Below, in pieces: positions 32,890 through 42,891 of a stretch of 64,000 nt of DNA. Each line of letters starts with the position of its first letter. The stretch's first letter is position 1. This DNA comes from an uncultured Verrucomicrobiae bacterium (GTDB lineage Bacteria; Verrucomicrobiota; Verrucomicrobiia; Chthoniobacterales; Chthoniobacteraceae). A program made the translations under genes and the position numbers. The stretch covers positions 224,001 through 288,000 of the forward strand of contig CAVYKI010000006.1 of NCBI GenBank assembly GCA_963769025.1. The letters run 5' to 3'. Below the pieces are notes generated by a model, which searched no databases, was not told the origin of the DNA, and worked only from the letters and a program-made list of their open reading frames with translations.

Positions 32890-32905
32890 AGCGGGAAGCG
32901 TGCCA
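32890..32905 (-). promoter_or_regulatory. Sigma54 (-24/-12)-like promoter
   Basis: Minus strand TGGCACGCTTCCCGCT: perfect TGGCACG and exact GG-N10-GC spacing, with CCGC replacing TTGC. Confidence 0.5.
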
Positions 32906-33089
32906 GCTTTTGCCAAGAGTTCTTGGCGCAGGTTTCCGTTCGTCGCGCCGCAGCAGGGGATCACGAAGTTCCGGATCCCGTTTTGAGAGCGGCCGGGTCG
33001 GGATCGACCCCACGCCATTGCTGCGAAAAACAGGGCGTCAGCCGGGCGCGATCGGGCAGCCGGCCAGAATTGCGGAGGGCGCTCCGTTC

Positions 33090-36000
33090 CTACGGCACGT
33101 AGGGATAGACGAGCCGGTAGAAGCCGCTGGCGGAGGCGTGGGGCGGGGGGCCGTCCACGTAGTGGCCGGCGCCGTATTGGTCCACGGTGACGGGGCCGAT
33201 GGTGGTCCACGACGGGTCGGAAAGCATGACCTTGAACTGCAGCCCGTAGGTGCGGTTGGGGATGCCGGAGAAGTCAATGGCCACGGAGCCGTCTGGCTGC
33301 ATGGTGAGCTTGGTGATGTTCTGCGAAGGCGCGTTGTCCACCTTGATGCCGATGACCACGGTGCCCACGGTCTGCGAGCCGTGGTTGTCCTGCACGGTGT
33401 AGCTGAACCCGAGCTCGGGGTTCTGGTCCACGCCTGGCGTGCCCAGCCCGGTCGGCTTGTAGAAGACGAAGCCGCCCGACACCGACACGGTCCCGTGCGC
33501 GGGGGCCGTGGGAGTGCCGACGCTCACGAAGGAAACCGTGTCGCCCGGATCCGGGTCGGAAGTCTGCGCCATGATGGTGGCGATCGGGATCTTGATGCTC
33601 TGCGTGGGGTAACGCTCGACCGACACCGGGTTGGCGACCGGCGGCGTGTTGGTGATGATGACCACGTCGTTGCCCGTGTCGCCGAGGTAGGTGATGCGGG
33701 CGTTGATGGCCACGCCGAGGAACGGGTTGATGGTCTGCCCTTCCGGCAGCCCGCTGAAGGTGCCGGTGATGGCGTCCGCGTCGTCGTTGGTGATGATCTG
33801 GAACATCTGCCCGGTCACGGGCATGAAGCCGCCCTTGGCCGCCGTGGTGAGCGTCGCCGCGGGATCGATGGTGAGCGTGCCGGTGACGGTGATCTTCTCG
33901 ATGTCCGCCGCCGTCGGCCCGATGTCCGAGGCAAACCCGCCGCTGGCGGAAAAGGTCGTGTCGCGCGCCAGGGCGAGCGTCCGGTAGTTCGCCGGGCTGA
34001 TGACCGCGCTGATGCTGATCGGCCCGCTCTGCGCGTCGCCGATCTGCAGCGTGCCGGCGGTGATGACATCCAGCTCGCCATCGGTGAGGCCGAGCGTCGA
34101 GGCGCTGTCCGCCGCCCCGAGGTCGACGAGCTGGCCGAGCGTCTTCGGCTTGAGCGTCACGGTGTTCGCGCCCGCCTCGATCGTCACGCCGCTGGTGCTG
34201 ATGTCGATGAGGTCGGCGATGACGGTGATCGTGCCGGTGCCCGTCGTCTGCACCTTCGAGCCGACAGCCACTGCGTTCGAGAGCCTGAAGCCGCTGCTCA
34301 CCGTCGTGCCGTCGGCGACCGTGCCGGTGATGGAGATGTTGCCATCGACCGCGGTGACCGCGGAGACGTTTTCCATGTGGAAGCCGTGACTGGCGTTGAC
34401 GCCATTGCTGCCACCGCCTGTGCCAATGAGGGTGACTTTCGCCGTGCCGGTCCCCGTGACTGCGGCCGAGTCGGACACCTGCATGCCGTGATTGAACTGC
34501 GTGCCCGCGGCACCGCCGCCGGTGCCGGTCACGGAGATATCGCCGCCACCCGAGGTGATCGCCGAACCCGTCCCGAAGACGAACACGCCGATATTGACGC
34601 TCCCAGTGCCTGCGAGGTTGCCGCCGTTTCCAATGACGGTGACGGTCCCCGCGCCGCCCGCCAGGATCTGCGCGTTGTTCCGGACGACGACCCCGTGGTT
34701 TTCGTTCTGGTTGGTATCGCCGCCGCCCGTGCCGGTGACTGAGACATAGCTGCCGATGGAGGTGATCTGGGAATTCGGTCCGGCGAGAAACACGCCCGTG
34801 TGAGCTCCCCCGGGCCCCGATCCGCCGTGGCCGTTGACCGTGGTCGTCCCTGCGGTGCCGCCGCTGAGCAAAGCGCCGTTCAGGATGGAAACGCCCTCGC
34901 GCATGGCCGCGGAATCTCCGCCCTTGCCTTTGACAGTGACCACGCCCGCGCCGGTGCTGCGCACGATGGCGCCATTGATCTCGACGCCCTTGAAAACGCC
35001 CGTCGCCGAGGCCGCCTGCTGGTTGGCCTCCAGCGTGAGGGCACCATCCTCCGTCTCAAAGCCCGAGCCCGAGGCAAACGCGATGCTCCTGCTCACCTTC
35101 GCCGTGATGGCGCCAGTGGTGGAGGTGACGATGTTGGCGTTCGCCGCCACGCTCAGCCGATCCGTGCCCGGAGCCGCGTCGTCGTTCTGCAGATCGAGGT
35201 CGAGGCTCGCACCCGCGAGGAAGGTGATGTCGCCATTGAGGTTCACCGTGTCATCGCCCGTGCCGCCATGGATGGTGATGCCGGGCATCGGGTTCGTGAA
35301 TGCACCCACATCGATCGTGTCATTGCCGCCCGCGGCATTGACCGTGATCTGCGTCACCCCGGCGAGCGGCAGCGGCCCCGAGCCGCCGGTGAGGAGCGTC
35401 CCATCCACGTCGAACGTGCGTCCCGCCACGTCGAACTGGATGTTCCCCGCGCCGGGTTCGGAAACCGCGAGCGTGTCGCCGTTTCCGCCGATGTCCGTGA
35501 CGACAATCTGGTTGCCCGTGGTGACGACGGTGTACGTGACGGATGCCACGATCGTGGCGACCTGCACGGGAGCGCCGCTGGACCCGCCATTGGAGGTCAC
35601 AACGGCAGTCAGACTGCCAAGGGCCGGCGGGCCGGCCAGGGTGCAAGTCAGCTGCGTGCTGGTCGAGGCAGTGACGGTGGCCGTGCCGGAATTCAATGCG
35701 ACCGTGTTGTTCGCGGGCGTGGCCGAGAAGTTGGTCCCCGCGATGATGAGCGTCACCGTGTCCTGCGTCAGGTTCGTCGTGTTCTGGGTGACGGTCGGCA
35801 GCGGGAAGTAGGTGTACAGCGTGTTGGCCGTGTTCGAGCCGCCGGGCGTGGTCACCACCACGCTCGCCGTCCCCGCGGAACCCGCGGGCGTCGTCGCGGT
35901 GATCGTCGTGTCATTGACCACGGTGACGCCCGTCGCAGCCGTCCCGCCGATGGTCACCCCCGTGGCGCCCGTCAAGCTCATGCCCGTAATCGTCACGCTC

Positions 36001-39000
36001 TGCCCGCCCGTCACCGGGCCGCCGGTCGGATTGATTGCGGTGACAGTCGGAATCGCAAAGTAGGTGTATAGCGTATTGGCCGTGTTCGAGCCGCCGGGCG
36101 TGGTCACCACCACGCTCGCCGTCCCGGCGGAACCCGCGGGCGTCGTCGCCGTAATCGTGGTCGCGTTGACCACGGTGATTCCCGTCGCAGCCGTCCCGCC
36201 GATGGTCACACCCGTGGCGCCCGTGAAGCCCGTGCCCGTGATCGTCACGCTTTGCCCGCCGGCCACCGGGCCGCCGGTCGGATTGATTGCGGTAACCGTC
36301 GGGATCGCAAAGTAGGTGTAGAGCGTGTTGGCCGTGTTCGAGCCGCCGGGAGTAGTCACCACCACGCTCGCCGTCCCGGCGGAACCCGCGGGCGTGGTCG
36401 CAGTAATCGTCGTATCATTGACTACGGTGACGCCCATCGCAGCCGTCCCGCCGATGGTCACACCCGTGGCGCCCGTGAAGCCCGTGCCCGTGATCGTCAC
36501 GCTTTGCCCGCCGGCCACCGGCCCGCCGGTCGGATTGATCGCGGCGACCGTCGGAATCGCAAAGTAGGAATATAGAGTGTTCGCCGTATTCGAGCCGCCG
36601 GGGGTGGTCACCACCACGCTCGCCGCCCCCGCGGCGTGCGCGGGCGTCGTCGCCGTGATCGTGGTCGAGTTGACCACGGTGATGCCCGTGGCAGCCGTCC
36701 CGCCGATGGTCACGCCGGTCGCGCCGGTGAAACCCGTGCCCGTGATCGTCACGCCCTGCCCGCCCGCCACCGGGCCGCCGGTCGGGCTGATCGCGGTTAC
36801 CGTCGGCAGCGGGAAGTAAGTGTACAGTGTGTTGGGTCCATTCGAGCCGAGGCCCGTCGTCACCACCACGCTCGCCGGGCCCGCTGCGCCCGCAGGCGTC
36901 GTCGCCGTGATTGTCGTGTCATTGACCACCATGACGCCGGACGCCGCCGCGCCGCCGATGGTCACGCCCGTAGTCCCCGTGAAGTTCGAGCCTGTGATCG
37001 TCACGCCCTGCCCGCCCGCCGTGGGACCCGCATTGGGACTAATCGCGGAGACGCTGGGGCCGGAGATAAAGGTGTACAGTGTGTTGGCCGAATTTGAGCC
37101 CCCGGGTGTGGTCACTACCACGCTCGCTGTCCCCGCTGCATGGGCAGGTGTCGTCGCCGTGATCGTGGTCGCGTTGACCACGGTGACGCCCGTCGCAGCC
37201 GTCCCCCCGATGGTCACACCGGTCGCGCCGGTAAAGTTCGTCCCCGTGATCGTCACGCCCTGTCCGCCGGTCGTGGGACCGGAATTTGGATTGATTGCGG
37301 TGACCGTCGGAATCGCAAAGTAGGTATACAGCGTGTTCGCCGTGTTCGAGCCGCCGGGCGTGGTCACCACCACGCTCACCGCTCCCGCGGAACCCGCGGG
37401 CGTCGTCGCCGTGATCGTGGTCGTGTTGACCACGGTGATGCCCGTCGCGGCCGTCCCGCCGATGGTCACACCCGTGGCGCCCGTGAAGTTCGTGCCCGTG
37501 ATCGTCACGCTCTGCCCGCCGACCACCGGGCCGCCGGTGGGATTGATCGCGGTCACCGTCGGAGCAGCCACGTCATCATTGACGAGGGTCCCTTGCCCCT
37601 GCCCGTCGGTCACAGTCGCGCCCGTGACGTTGGTCACATTCACAAAGAACGTGTCGCTGGGCTCCACGGTCGTATCGCCATTGACCAGCACCGTGAAGCT
37701 GTAAGTGTTCGACCCCGCCGGGATGGTCTGCCCCGTCAGGCTTTTTGCCGTGTAATCACTCGGTGCCACTGCCGTGCCATCCGCCGTCGCAATGTCAAAG
37801 GTCACTCCGCCCACCGGCGCCGGTGCGCTCAGGCTCACGGTGAAGGTGAACGATGTTGTGCCCGCATTGCCTTCGTTAAGCGAGACGTCGTTGATGGTCA
37901 GATTCGGCAGCGATCCCGTCGTGAAAGTGGAGACAGGCGACGTGTAAGTCGTGCCTTGGCTATTGGTGGCGTAGGCTTTGAAACTGTATCCGGTTCCCGA
38001 CGCCAGGCCGGTGGCGTTCACGGTGAACACGCCGGTGGTGCCGGCGCTCGTCTGTTTGGTCACACCGGTTCCGCCGATCGCTGGATTGTTGTTGGTTCCG
38101 GTGACCGAGTAAACGACGCCTCGTTCCGTGATCGTCGCTCCACCGTCGCCGGTCACATTGCCGCCGAGAGTCGCGCTGTTCGGGGTGATGCTGGCGCTGG
38201 TCGGACTGGTCACCGTGGGTGCAGCCAGTGGCGGAGAATACACATAAAGCTCCTGCTTGATATAGGTCGCCCCCGCCGTCGTGCCTCCCGTGAAATTGTT
38301 CCCGTCGGCGCTGAAGATCACCTTGCCTGCGAAACCGACGGTATTGAGCGGTCGGGAGGAGGCGGTCCCGGGTTTGATGTCAAAGTTCGTGAAGGTGGTG
38401 CCGTCATAGGACCAAAACTCCACGCCATGCGTGGGGTCGGGCGCGTTAAAGGTGAGAGCCGCTCCCGCCTGGATGAGATCCGAGGGCGCGTTGCCTCCCG
38501 GATACACTCCTTCAAAGGCCGCCCCCGTGCTCACTCGGGACGGAGAACCATTGTTGAAACGCCAGAGCTGATGCTCGTTGGACGTGGCGGCAGTGGCCAC
38601 AAAATAGATGTCTCCATTGTAAGGCGCGAAATTCAAGGGAGTCGGGTCCGTCGTGCCGCTGGCGATCACATAAGAGGTGAGCCGCTTGGTCGGCCCATCC
38701 ACCACATAAAGCTGGCGTCCGAGATTCGTGCTTCCCGTCGCCGTGGTGGAGTTATTGAAAGCAAATCCAAAGGCGGTGAAGAAGATGCGGCTGCTGGAGT
38801 CCGCGTAAAAGAAGCTAGGGACCGCACCGATGTTGTTGGTGCTGTTGTTGTAAATTTGAATCTCCGTGTTAGTGCTGGCGACCGGATCATAGACCCACAG
38901 CTCGTCGTCCGGCTTGCCGCCGCGGTCCGTGGTGGCGCGGTAATACAGCAGGCCGCCCGCGGGCACAAAATTGGACAGGCCGTTCCCGCCGATGTTGGCC

Positions 39001-39740
39001 GGAAAGGCTGGTGTGAAGGCGACGGGTGAGCCGTTGTTGTAGCGGAACCCCTGGCGCTGGGTGCCGTTCGTGGTGGCATAGACCACATCCCCGTTGAAGT
39101 CGGCCTGGCTGCCCACCCCGCTTACACCGGCCGCCGTGGATTTCAGGGTCTTCGCGATCCCGTCGAACACATAGAGCTGGACGGTCGCGGCGCCTCCCGC
39201 ATTGGTCAGGGAATTGTTGAAAGTGTTCCCCGTGGCATTGAAAAACACCCGGCTCCCTGAGGCGAACACCTGGGACGGGTTCGATGAACTGGGGCCTGAA
39301 TTGAGATCCACCATGGTAAAGGCACCGGCACCGGCCACGGTCGGATCGAAGATGAAGAGCTCGTTTTCCGAGGTCCCGTTCACCGAGCCACGGAAAATCA
39401 AGTAATTGCCCGCCGCGGTCAGCGTACTCGGGAAGTTGGCATTATTAGCCAACAGGTTGGTCGAATTGGCCGCCACCGGACTGCCGTTGTTGTAACGCCA
39501 GATTTGAATGTTGGTACCATTGCCGATGGGGTCGACGAAGAAATAGAGTTCCCCTTGGAACTGCACGAAGCTGTAAGGGTAGCCGCCATAAAGGTTCTGC
39601 GCAGGAGTGCCGGTCGCCAGGACCGTGCTCGTGAGCGAACCCGGTGCTGCTGTCGCGAACGAGGTGCCGAAACAAAACAGCAACCCGATGGCCAGAAAGA
39701 CGGACGCAAGGTGCCGGTGAACGGGGCAAGAGATCTTCAT
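33090..39740 (-). CDS. Giant secreted/surface adhesin-like protein (2216 aa): ELWxxDGT-like propeller, FN3-like, Calx-beta, 7+1 IPT/TIG, Gly-rich beta-helix-like region, Ig/cadherin-like, FYR C-terminal domain
   Basis: Signal peptide; ELWVYDP and EFWSYDGT; ITERGVVYS...AYATNSQGT; NEGNAG...DGTA.APSDY; repeated PTVTAINP..GP..GG..VTITG; GTFSGLPEG...GDTGNDVV; NTPPVANP; ...GFYRLVYP. Confidence 0.9.
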   Translation of the reverse strand: MKISCPVHRHLASVFLAIGLLFCFGTSFATAAPGSLTSTVLATGTPAQNLYGGYPYSFVQFQGELYFFVDPIGNGTNIQIWRYNNGSPVAANSTNLLANNANFPSTLTAAGNYLIFRGSVNGTSENELFIFDPTVAGAGAFTMVDLNSGPSSSNPSQVFASGSRVFFNATGNTFNNSLTNAGGAATVQLYVFDGIAKTLKSTAAGVSGVGSQADFNGDVVYATTNGTQRQGFRYNNGSPVAFTPAFPANIGGNGLSNFVPAGGLLYYRATTDRGGKPDDELWVYDPVASTNTEIQIYNNSTNNIGAVPSFFYADSSSRIFFTAFGFAFNNSTTATGSTNLGRQLYVVDGPTKRLTSYVIASGTTDPTPLNFAPYNGDIYFVATAATSNEHQLWRFNNGSPSRVSTGAAFEGVYPGGNAPSDLIQAGAALTFNAPDPTHGVEFWSYDGTTFTNFDIKPGTASSRPLNTVGFAGKVIFSADGNNFTGGTTAGATYIKQELYVYSPPLAAPTVTSPTSASITPNSATLGGNVTGDGGATITERGVVYSVTGTNNNPAIGGTGVTKQTSAGTTGVFTVNATGLASGTGYSFKAYATNSQGTTYTSPVSTFTTGSLPNLTINDVSLNEGNAGTTSFTFTVSLSAPAPVGGVTFDIATADGTAVAPSDYTAKSLTGQTIPAGSNTYSFTVLVNGDTTVEPSDTFFVNVTNVTGATVTDGQGQGTLVNDDVAAPTVTAINPTGGPVVGGQSVTITGTNFTGATGVTIGGTAATGITVVNTTTITATTPAGSAGAVSVVVTTPGGSNTANTLYTYFAIPTVTAINPNSGPTTGGQGVTITGTNFTGATGVTIGGTAATGVTVVNATTITATTPAHAAGTASVVVTTPGGSNSANTLYTFISGPSVSAISPNAGPTAGGQGVTITGSNFTGTTGVTIGGAAASGVMVVNDTTITATTPAGAAGPASVVVTTGLGSNGPNTLYTYFPLPTVTAISPTGGPVAGGQGVTITGTGFTGATGVTIGGTAATGITVVNSTTITATTPAHAAGAASVVVTTPGGSNTANTLYSYFAIPTVAAINPTGGPVAGGQSVTITGTGFTGATGVTIGGTAAMGVTVVNDTTITATTPAGSAGTASVVVTTPGGSNTANTLYTYFAIPTVTAINPTGGPVAGGQSVTITGTGFTGATGVTIGGTAATGITVVNATTITATTPAGSAGTASVVVTTPGGSNTANTLYTYFAIPTVTAINPTGGPVTGGQSVTITGMSLTGATGVTIGGTAATGVTVVNDTTITATTPAGSAGTASVVVTTPGGSNTANTLYTYFPLPTVTQNTTNLTQDTVTLIIAGTNFSATPANNTVALNSGTATVTASTSTQLTCTLAGPPALGSLTAVVTSNGGSSGAPVQVATIVASVTYTVVTTGNQIVVTDIGGNGDTLAVSEPGAGNIQFDVAGRTFDVDGTLLTGGSGPLPLAGVTQITVNAAGGNDTIDVGAFTNPMPGITIHGGTGDDTVNLNGDITFLAGASLDLDLQNDDAAPGTDRLSVAANANIVTSTTGAITAKVSRSIAFASGSGFETEDGALTLEANQQAASATGVFKGVEINGAIVRSTGAGVVTVKGKGGDSAAMREGVSILNGALLSGGTAGTTTVNGHGGSGPGGAHTGVFLAGPNSQITSIGSYVSVTGTGGGDTNQNENHGVVVRNNAQILAGGAGTVTVIGNGGNLAGTGSVNIGVFVFGTGSAITSGGGDISVTGTGGGAAGTQFNHGMQVSDSAAVTGTGTAKVTLIGTGGGSNGVNASHGFHMENVSAVTAVDGNISITGTVADGTTVSSGFRLSNAVAVGSKVQTTGTGTITVIADLIDISTSGVTIEAGANTVTLKPKTLGQLVDLGAADSASTLGLTDGELDVITAGTLQIGDAQSGPISISAVISPANYRTLALARDTTFSASGGFASDIGPTAADIEKITVTGTLTIDPAATLTTAAKGGFMPVTGQMFQIITNDDADAITGTFSGLPEGQTINPFLGVAINARITYLGDTGNDVVIITNTPPVANPVSVERYPTQSIKIPIATIMAQTSDPDPGDTVSFVSVGTPTAPAHGTVSVSGGFVFYKPTGLGTPGVDQNPELGFSYTVQDNHGSQTVGTVVIGIKVDNAPSQNITKLTMQPDGSVAIDFSGIPNRTYGLQFKVMLSDPSWTTIGPVTVDQYGAGHYVDGPPPHASASGFYRLVYPYVP
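35812..37570 (-). repeat. Seven tandem 252-bp IPT/TIG-coding repeats
   Basis: Near-identical 84-aa units; antisense ORF boundaries recur at 36063, 36315, 36567, 36819 and 37323. Confidence 0.92.
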
Positions 39741-40197
39741 AATCGGAGGTGGAGAGGAGAAGTGGTAATGTGTGGTGATCGCCCAAATGTGGGACTGGCG
39801 AGTGACGCGAGCGATTTTCTAATTCCAGCAATCGTCACTGATAAACAGCCTTTTCCAATTTTCAAAACCTTTGATCGGGCCATGGCGATACCCCGCCACC
39901 TCTGATCTGCGGCGGATGTAGCCGGGAGGCTGATCGTGTAGGTGAAGGTGTCGATGTCGGTGTCGGCGAAGCGATTCCATTAATGGACTGCGGCGGAGTC
40001 CCTCTCCTGTATCAAGTGGTTGTAACTCGTGCTCCAACCGGAGTGGAAAATGAACAGCCGCGCGTCCTGCGAAAGCTTCGCCAGAAGGGCGTCAGCGATG
40101 CCATGAAGCGCAGCGCACTTTATCGCGCGAAATGTAACCCATGCGAGGGCGGGAATCGGGGCGGGGGCGCTCGCTTCCCTGCACGCGCCGCAGCCCG

Positions 40198-41512
40198 TCA
40201 CACCGCGGGATATTCCCACGGCGCGCGGTACGGGCGTGCGAGGAGTTTCGCGGCCTCGGGATCGCCGACGATCTGCTCCTTTGCCGCGTCCCACTCGATG
40301 CTGCGGCCGGTGCGCCACGAGATCATCCCGAGCAGCGGCAGGACGGAGGCGCGGTGCGCGAGTTCGATGCCGGCGACGGGCGCGCGGCGCTTGTCGATCG
40401 CTTCGAGGAAGTCGGCCCAGAGCAGCTTGAGGTTGTGGCCGTCGGGCTCCTGGAGCTGCGAATCCTCGTGCTCGATCTTCCCGCCCTTCGCCGTCGGGTA
40501 GAAGGTCCAGCCGTCGCGCCAGCCGATGTGCAGCATGCCTTTTGTGCCGTAGAAGTACGCGCCGATCTTGTGCTTCTCGGTGTCGTTGCCGCCGAACTTG
40601 CGGTGCTCCCAGACGCAGGTGAATTTCTCGAACTCGTACGTCGCGACCTGATGATCCGGCGCGTCGCTGGTCTGCTCCTTTTCATTCAGCACCGGCGCGC
40701 CGGCGATGGGCCGTCCGCCGGTGCAGAAGATGCGCTTCGGATATTTTTCGCCGCTCCACCACAGCACCTGGTCGAGCCAATGCACGCCCCAGTCGCCGAG
40801 CGTGCCGTTGGCGAAGTCGAGCGTGTTGCGCCAGCCGCCGGGGTGCAGCTTTTTGCTGAACGGCCGCAGCGGCGCGGGGCCGCACCAGAAGTTCCAGTCC
40901 ATGCCGTCGGGCGCCGGTTCGTTCGGCGTCGGCTTCTCCGGGCCGGTGCCCGCGCTGTGCGCGAAAAGGCGCACCATGCCGACTTCGCCGACCGCGCCGG
41001 ACTTGAGGAATTTCATCCCGCTGACGTGATGCGGCCCGATGCGCCGGTGCAGCCCGACCTGCACGACGCGCCCGCTTTCCTTCGCCGCGCGCAGCATCGC
41101 GCGGCTTTCGTTCACCGTGTGGCCGGTCGGCTTTTCGACGAAGACATGCGCGCCGGCCTTCAGCGCGGCGATGGTGTTCAGCGCGTGCCAGTGGTCGGGC
41201 GTGGCGATGATGACGACGTCCGGCTTTTCCTTCGCGAGCAGCTCGCGGTAGTCGCGGTAGAGCTTCGGCGTGTCGCCGCTGAGGTCGTTCACCTGATCGC
41301 CGGCGACTTCGAGCACGTTCGCATCCACATCCGCGAGCGCGACGACCTTGCAGCGGCCCGACGCGAGCGCTTCCTTGAGGATGTTCTTTGCCCCACCAGC
41401 CGGAGCCGATGAGCGCGGTGCGGAGCTTCGCCGGTTCCGCGGCGCGGATGAATGGCGCGGCGGCGAGCGCTGCGGCGAGCGTGGCGCGCTGGAGGAAGGT
41501 GCGGCGTTTCAT
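40198..41512 (-). CDS. Tat-exported Gfo/Idh/MocA oxidoreductase; frameshift at 41387-41389
   Basis: MKRRTFL Tat signal, ALIGSGWWG, IATPDHWH, FVEKP, DWNFWCGPAP, DWGVHWLD. Confidence 0.9.
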
Positions 41513-41534
41513 GGTTTTCAGCTGCAGCAGGATA

Positions 41535-41600
41535 AACCGCCAAGACGCCAAGACGCCAACGATACAAATGCTTTCTTGGCGCCTTGGCGCCTTGGCGGTT
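41535..41600. repeat. REP-like palindrome built from 8-nt repeats
   Basis: AACCGCCAAGACGCCAAGACGCCAA-N16-TTGGCGCCTTGGCGCCTTGGCGGTT. Confidence 0.85.
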
Positions 41601-41612
41601 CTCCCGAAAAGG

Positions 41613-42823
41613 TCACTGGGGTCGGAGGCTGATGACGGCGATTTCGCCGCGGGAGTTGCGGCAATAGACGAGACCGTTTGCGAGCACGGGCGCGGTCCAG
41701 CATTTCGGGCCGAGCACCTTTGCGCGCGCCGTGGGCTTGAAGCTATCCGGCGACGCGGGTGCGATGGAAAGTTCACCGTCGCCGCTGAGGGCGATCAGCT
41801 TTCCGTCGGCGATGATCACGCGCCGTTGCCGAAGCCCGGCTGGCTCCACCTTTCTGTGCCCAGTCGCGAACTCGATGCACTTCAGCGAGCCTTTCTCCGT
41901 CGTGTCGCCATCGACGCCGTAGAGGTGGCCATCGTGCAGCACCGCGGCATTCATCTGCGTGCGGAGCGCCTTCGTTTTCCAGAGCTGCTTCGGCTCGTCG
42001 GCGTCAGTTCGAGCAGCGTGCCGCCCTTGCTGTAGCCGGTGGAAATGAACATGCATGTCCGCCACTCACCACCGGGTCCGCGGCATTCACGCCGTATTGC
42101 GTCACCCAGCGGAAGCGCCACGCCTCCTTTCCCGTCAGCGGATCGACCGCGAGGTAGTTGGTCGGAATTGCCGAACATCACGAGCTTCGCGCCGCCGATC
42201 TCGACCGGCAGCGGAGTGGAGTAGCCCGCGTCCTTCGCGGCAGACTGCCACGCGATCTTCCCGTCCGCCTTGTCCACCGCGACTCCCGCCTCGCCGACAT
42301 TCAGCACGAGCAAATTCCCGACGACGAGCGGCGCGCCCGTGAAGCCCCACATCGGCAGCGGCGCGCCGGTTTCCTTCTGGATGTTTTTCTGCCAGACGAT
42401 TTTCCCGTCGGCCGCCTCGAAGCAAAACAGATCGCCCCACCGGCTCAGCCAGTAAAGCCGCGTCGCCGTCGAACGTCGGCGTGCCCGTCGTGCCGCCCTC
42501 GAAAAATTTGTCGCCGAGTTCCGCCGGATAGCTGTGCTTCCACAGCGGCTTGCCGGTCGCTGCGTCGAAGCAAAAGACGGTGTCCTTTCCATCCGCATGC
42601 CCGGCCGTCGCCGCGCGCCCATCCGCCACGACGATCGAGGAAAAGCCGAGCCCGACCTGCGCCTTCCACGCCACCGGCGGCCTCGCGCTGTCCACTCGCC
42701 GCGCCAGCCTTTCTCCGCCGACACACCGTCGCGTGTCGGCCCGCGGAAATGCGGCCAGTCGTCGGCGAGCACCGAGGATGAGGTTGCGATTGCGAGGAGC
42801 AGGGCAGGGATATTTCGGAGCAT
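41613..42823 (-). CDS. PQQ-binding-like beta-propeller protein, multiply frameshifted
   Basis: Signal peptide + DWPHFRGP.RDG, FDAATGKPLW, WGFTGAPLV, GYSTP, CWTAPVLANG.VY.RN. Confidence 0.85.
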
Positions 42824-42891
42824 CGCGGGAATCAATGACATGGAGCCGGTGGGGTGGCAATCAGCGGGGCACACTGGCCTCTGTGGAGCGC

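Noticed and set aside
35812..37570. Regular repeats as a possible CRISPR array or DGR template
   Set aside because: The period is 252 bp and in frame, the units encode IPT/TIG domains, there are no unique spacers, and no cas or reverse transcriptase gene is present.
40088..40104. Second sigma54-like site TGGCATCGCTGACGC upstream of the adhesin (minus strand)
   Set aside because: The spacing fits but the -12 box is poor, and it lies about 350 nt from the ATG; not distinguishable from chance.
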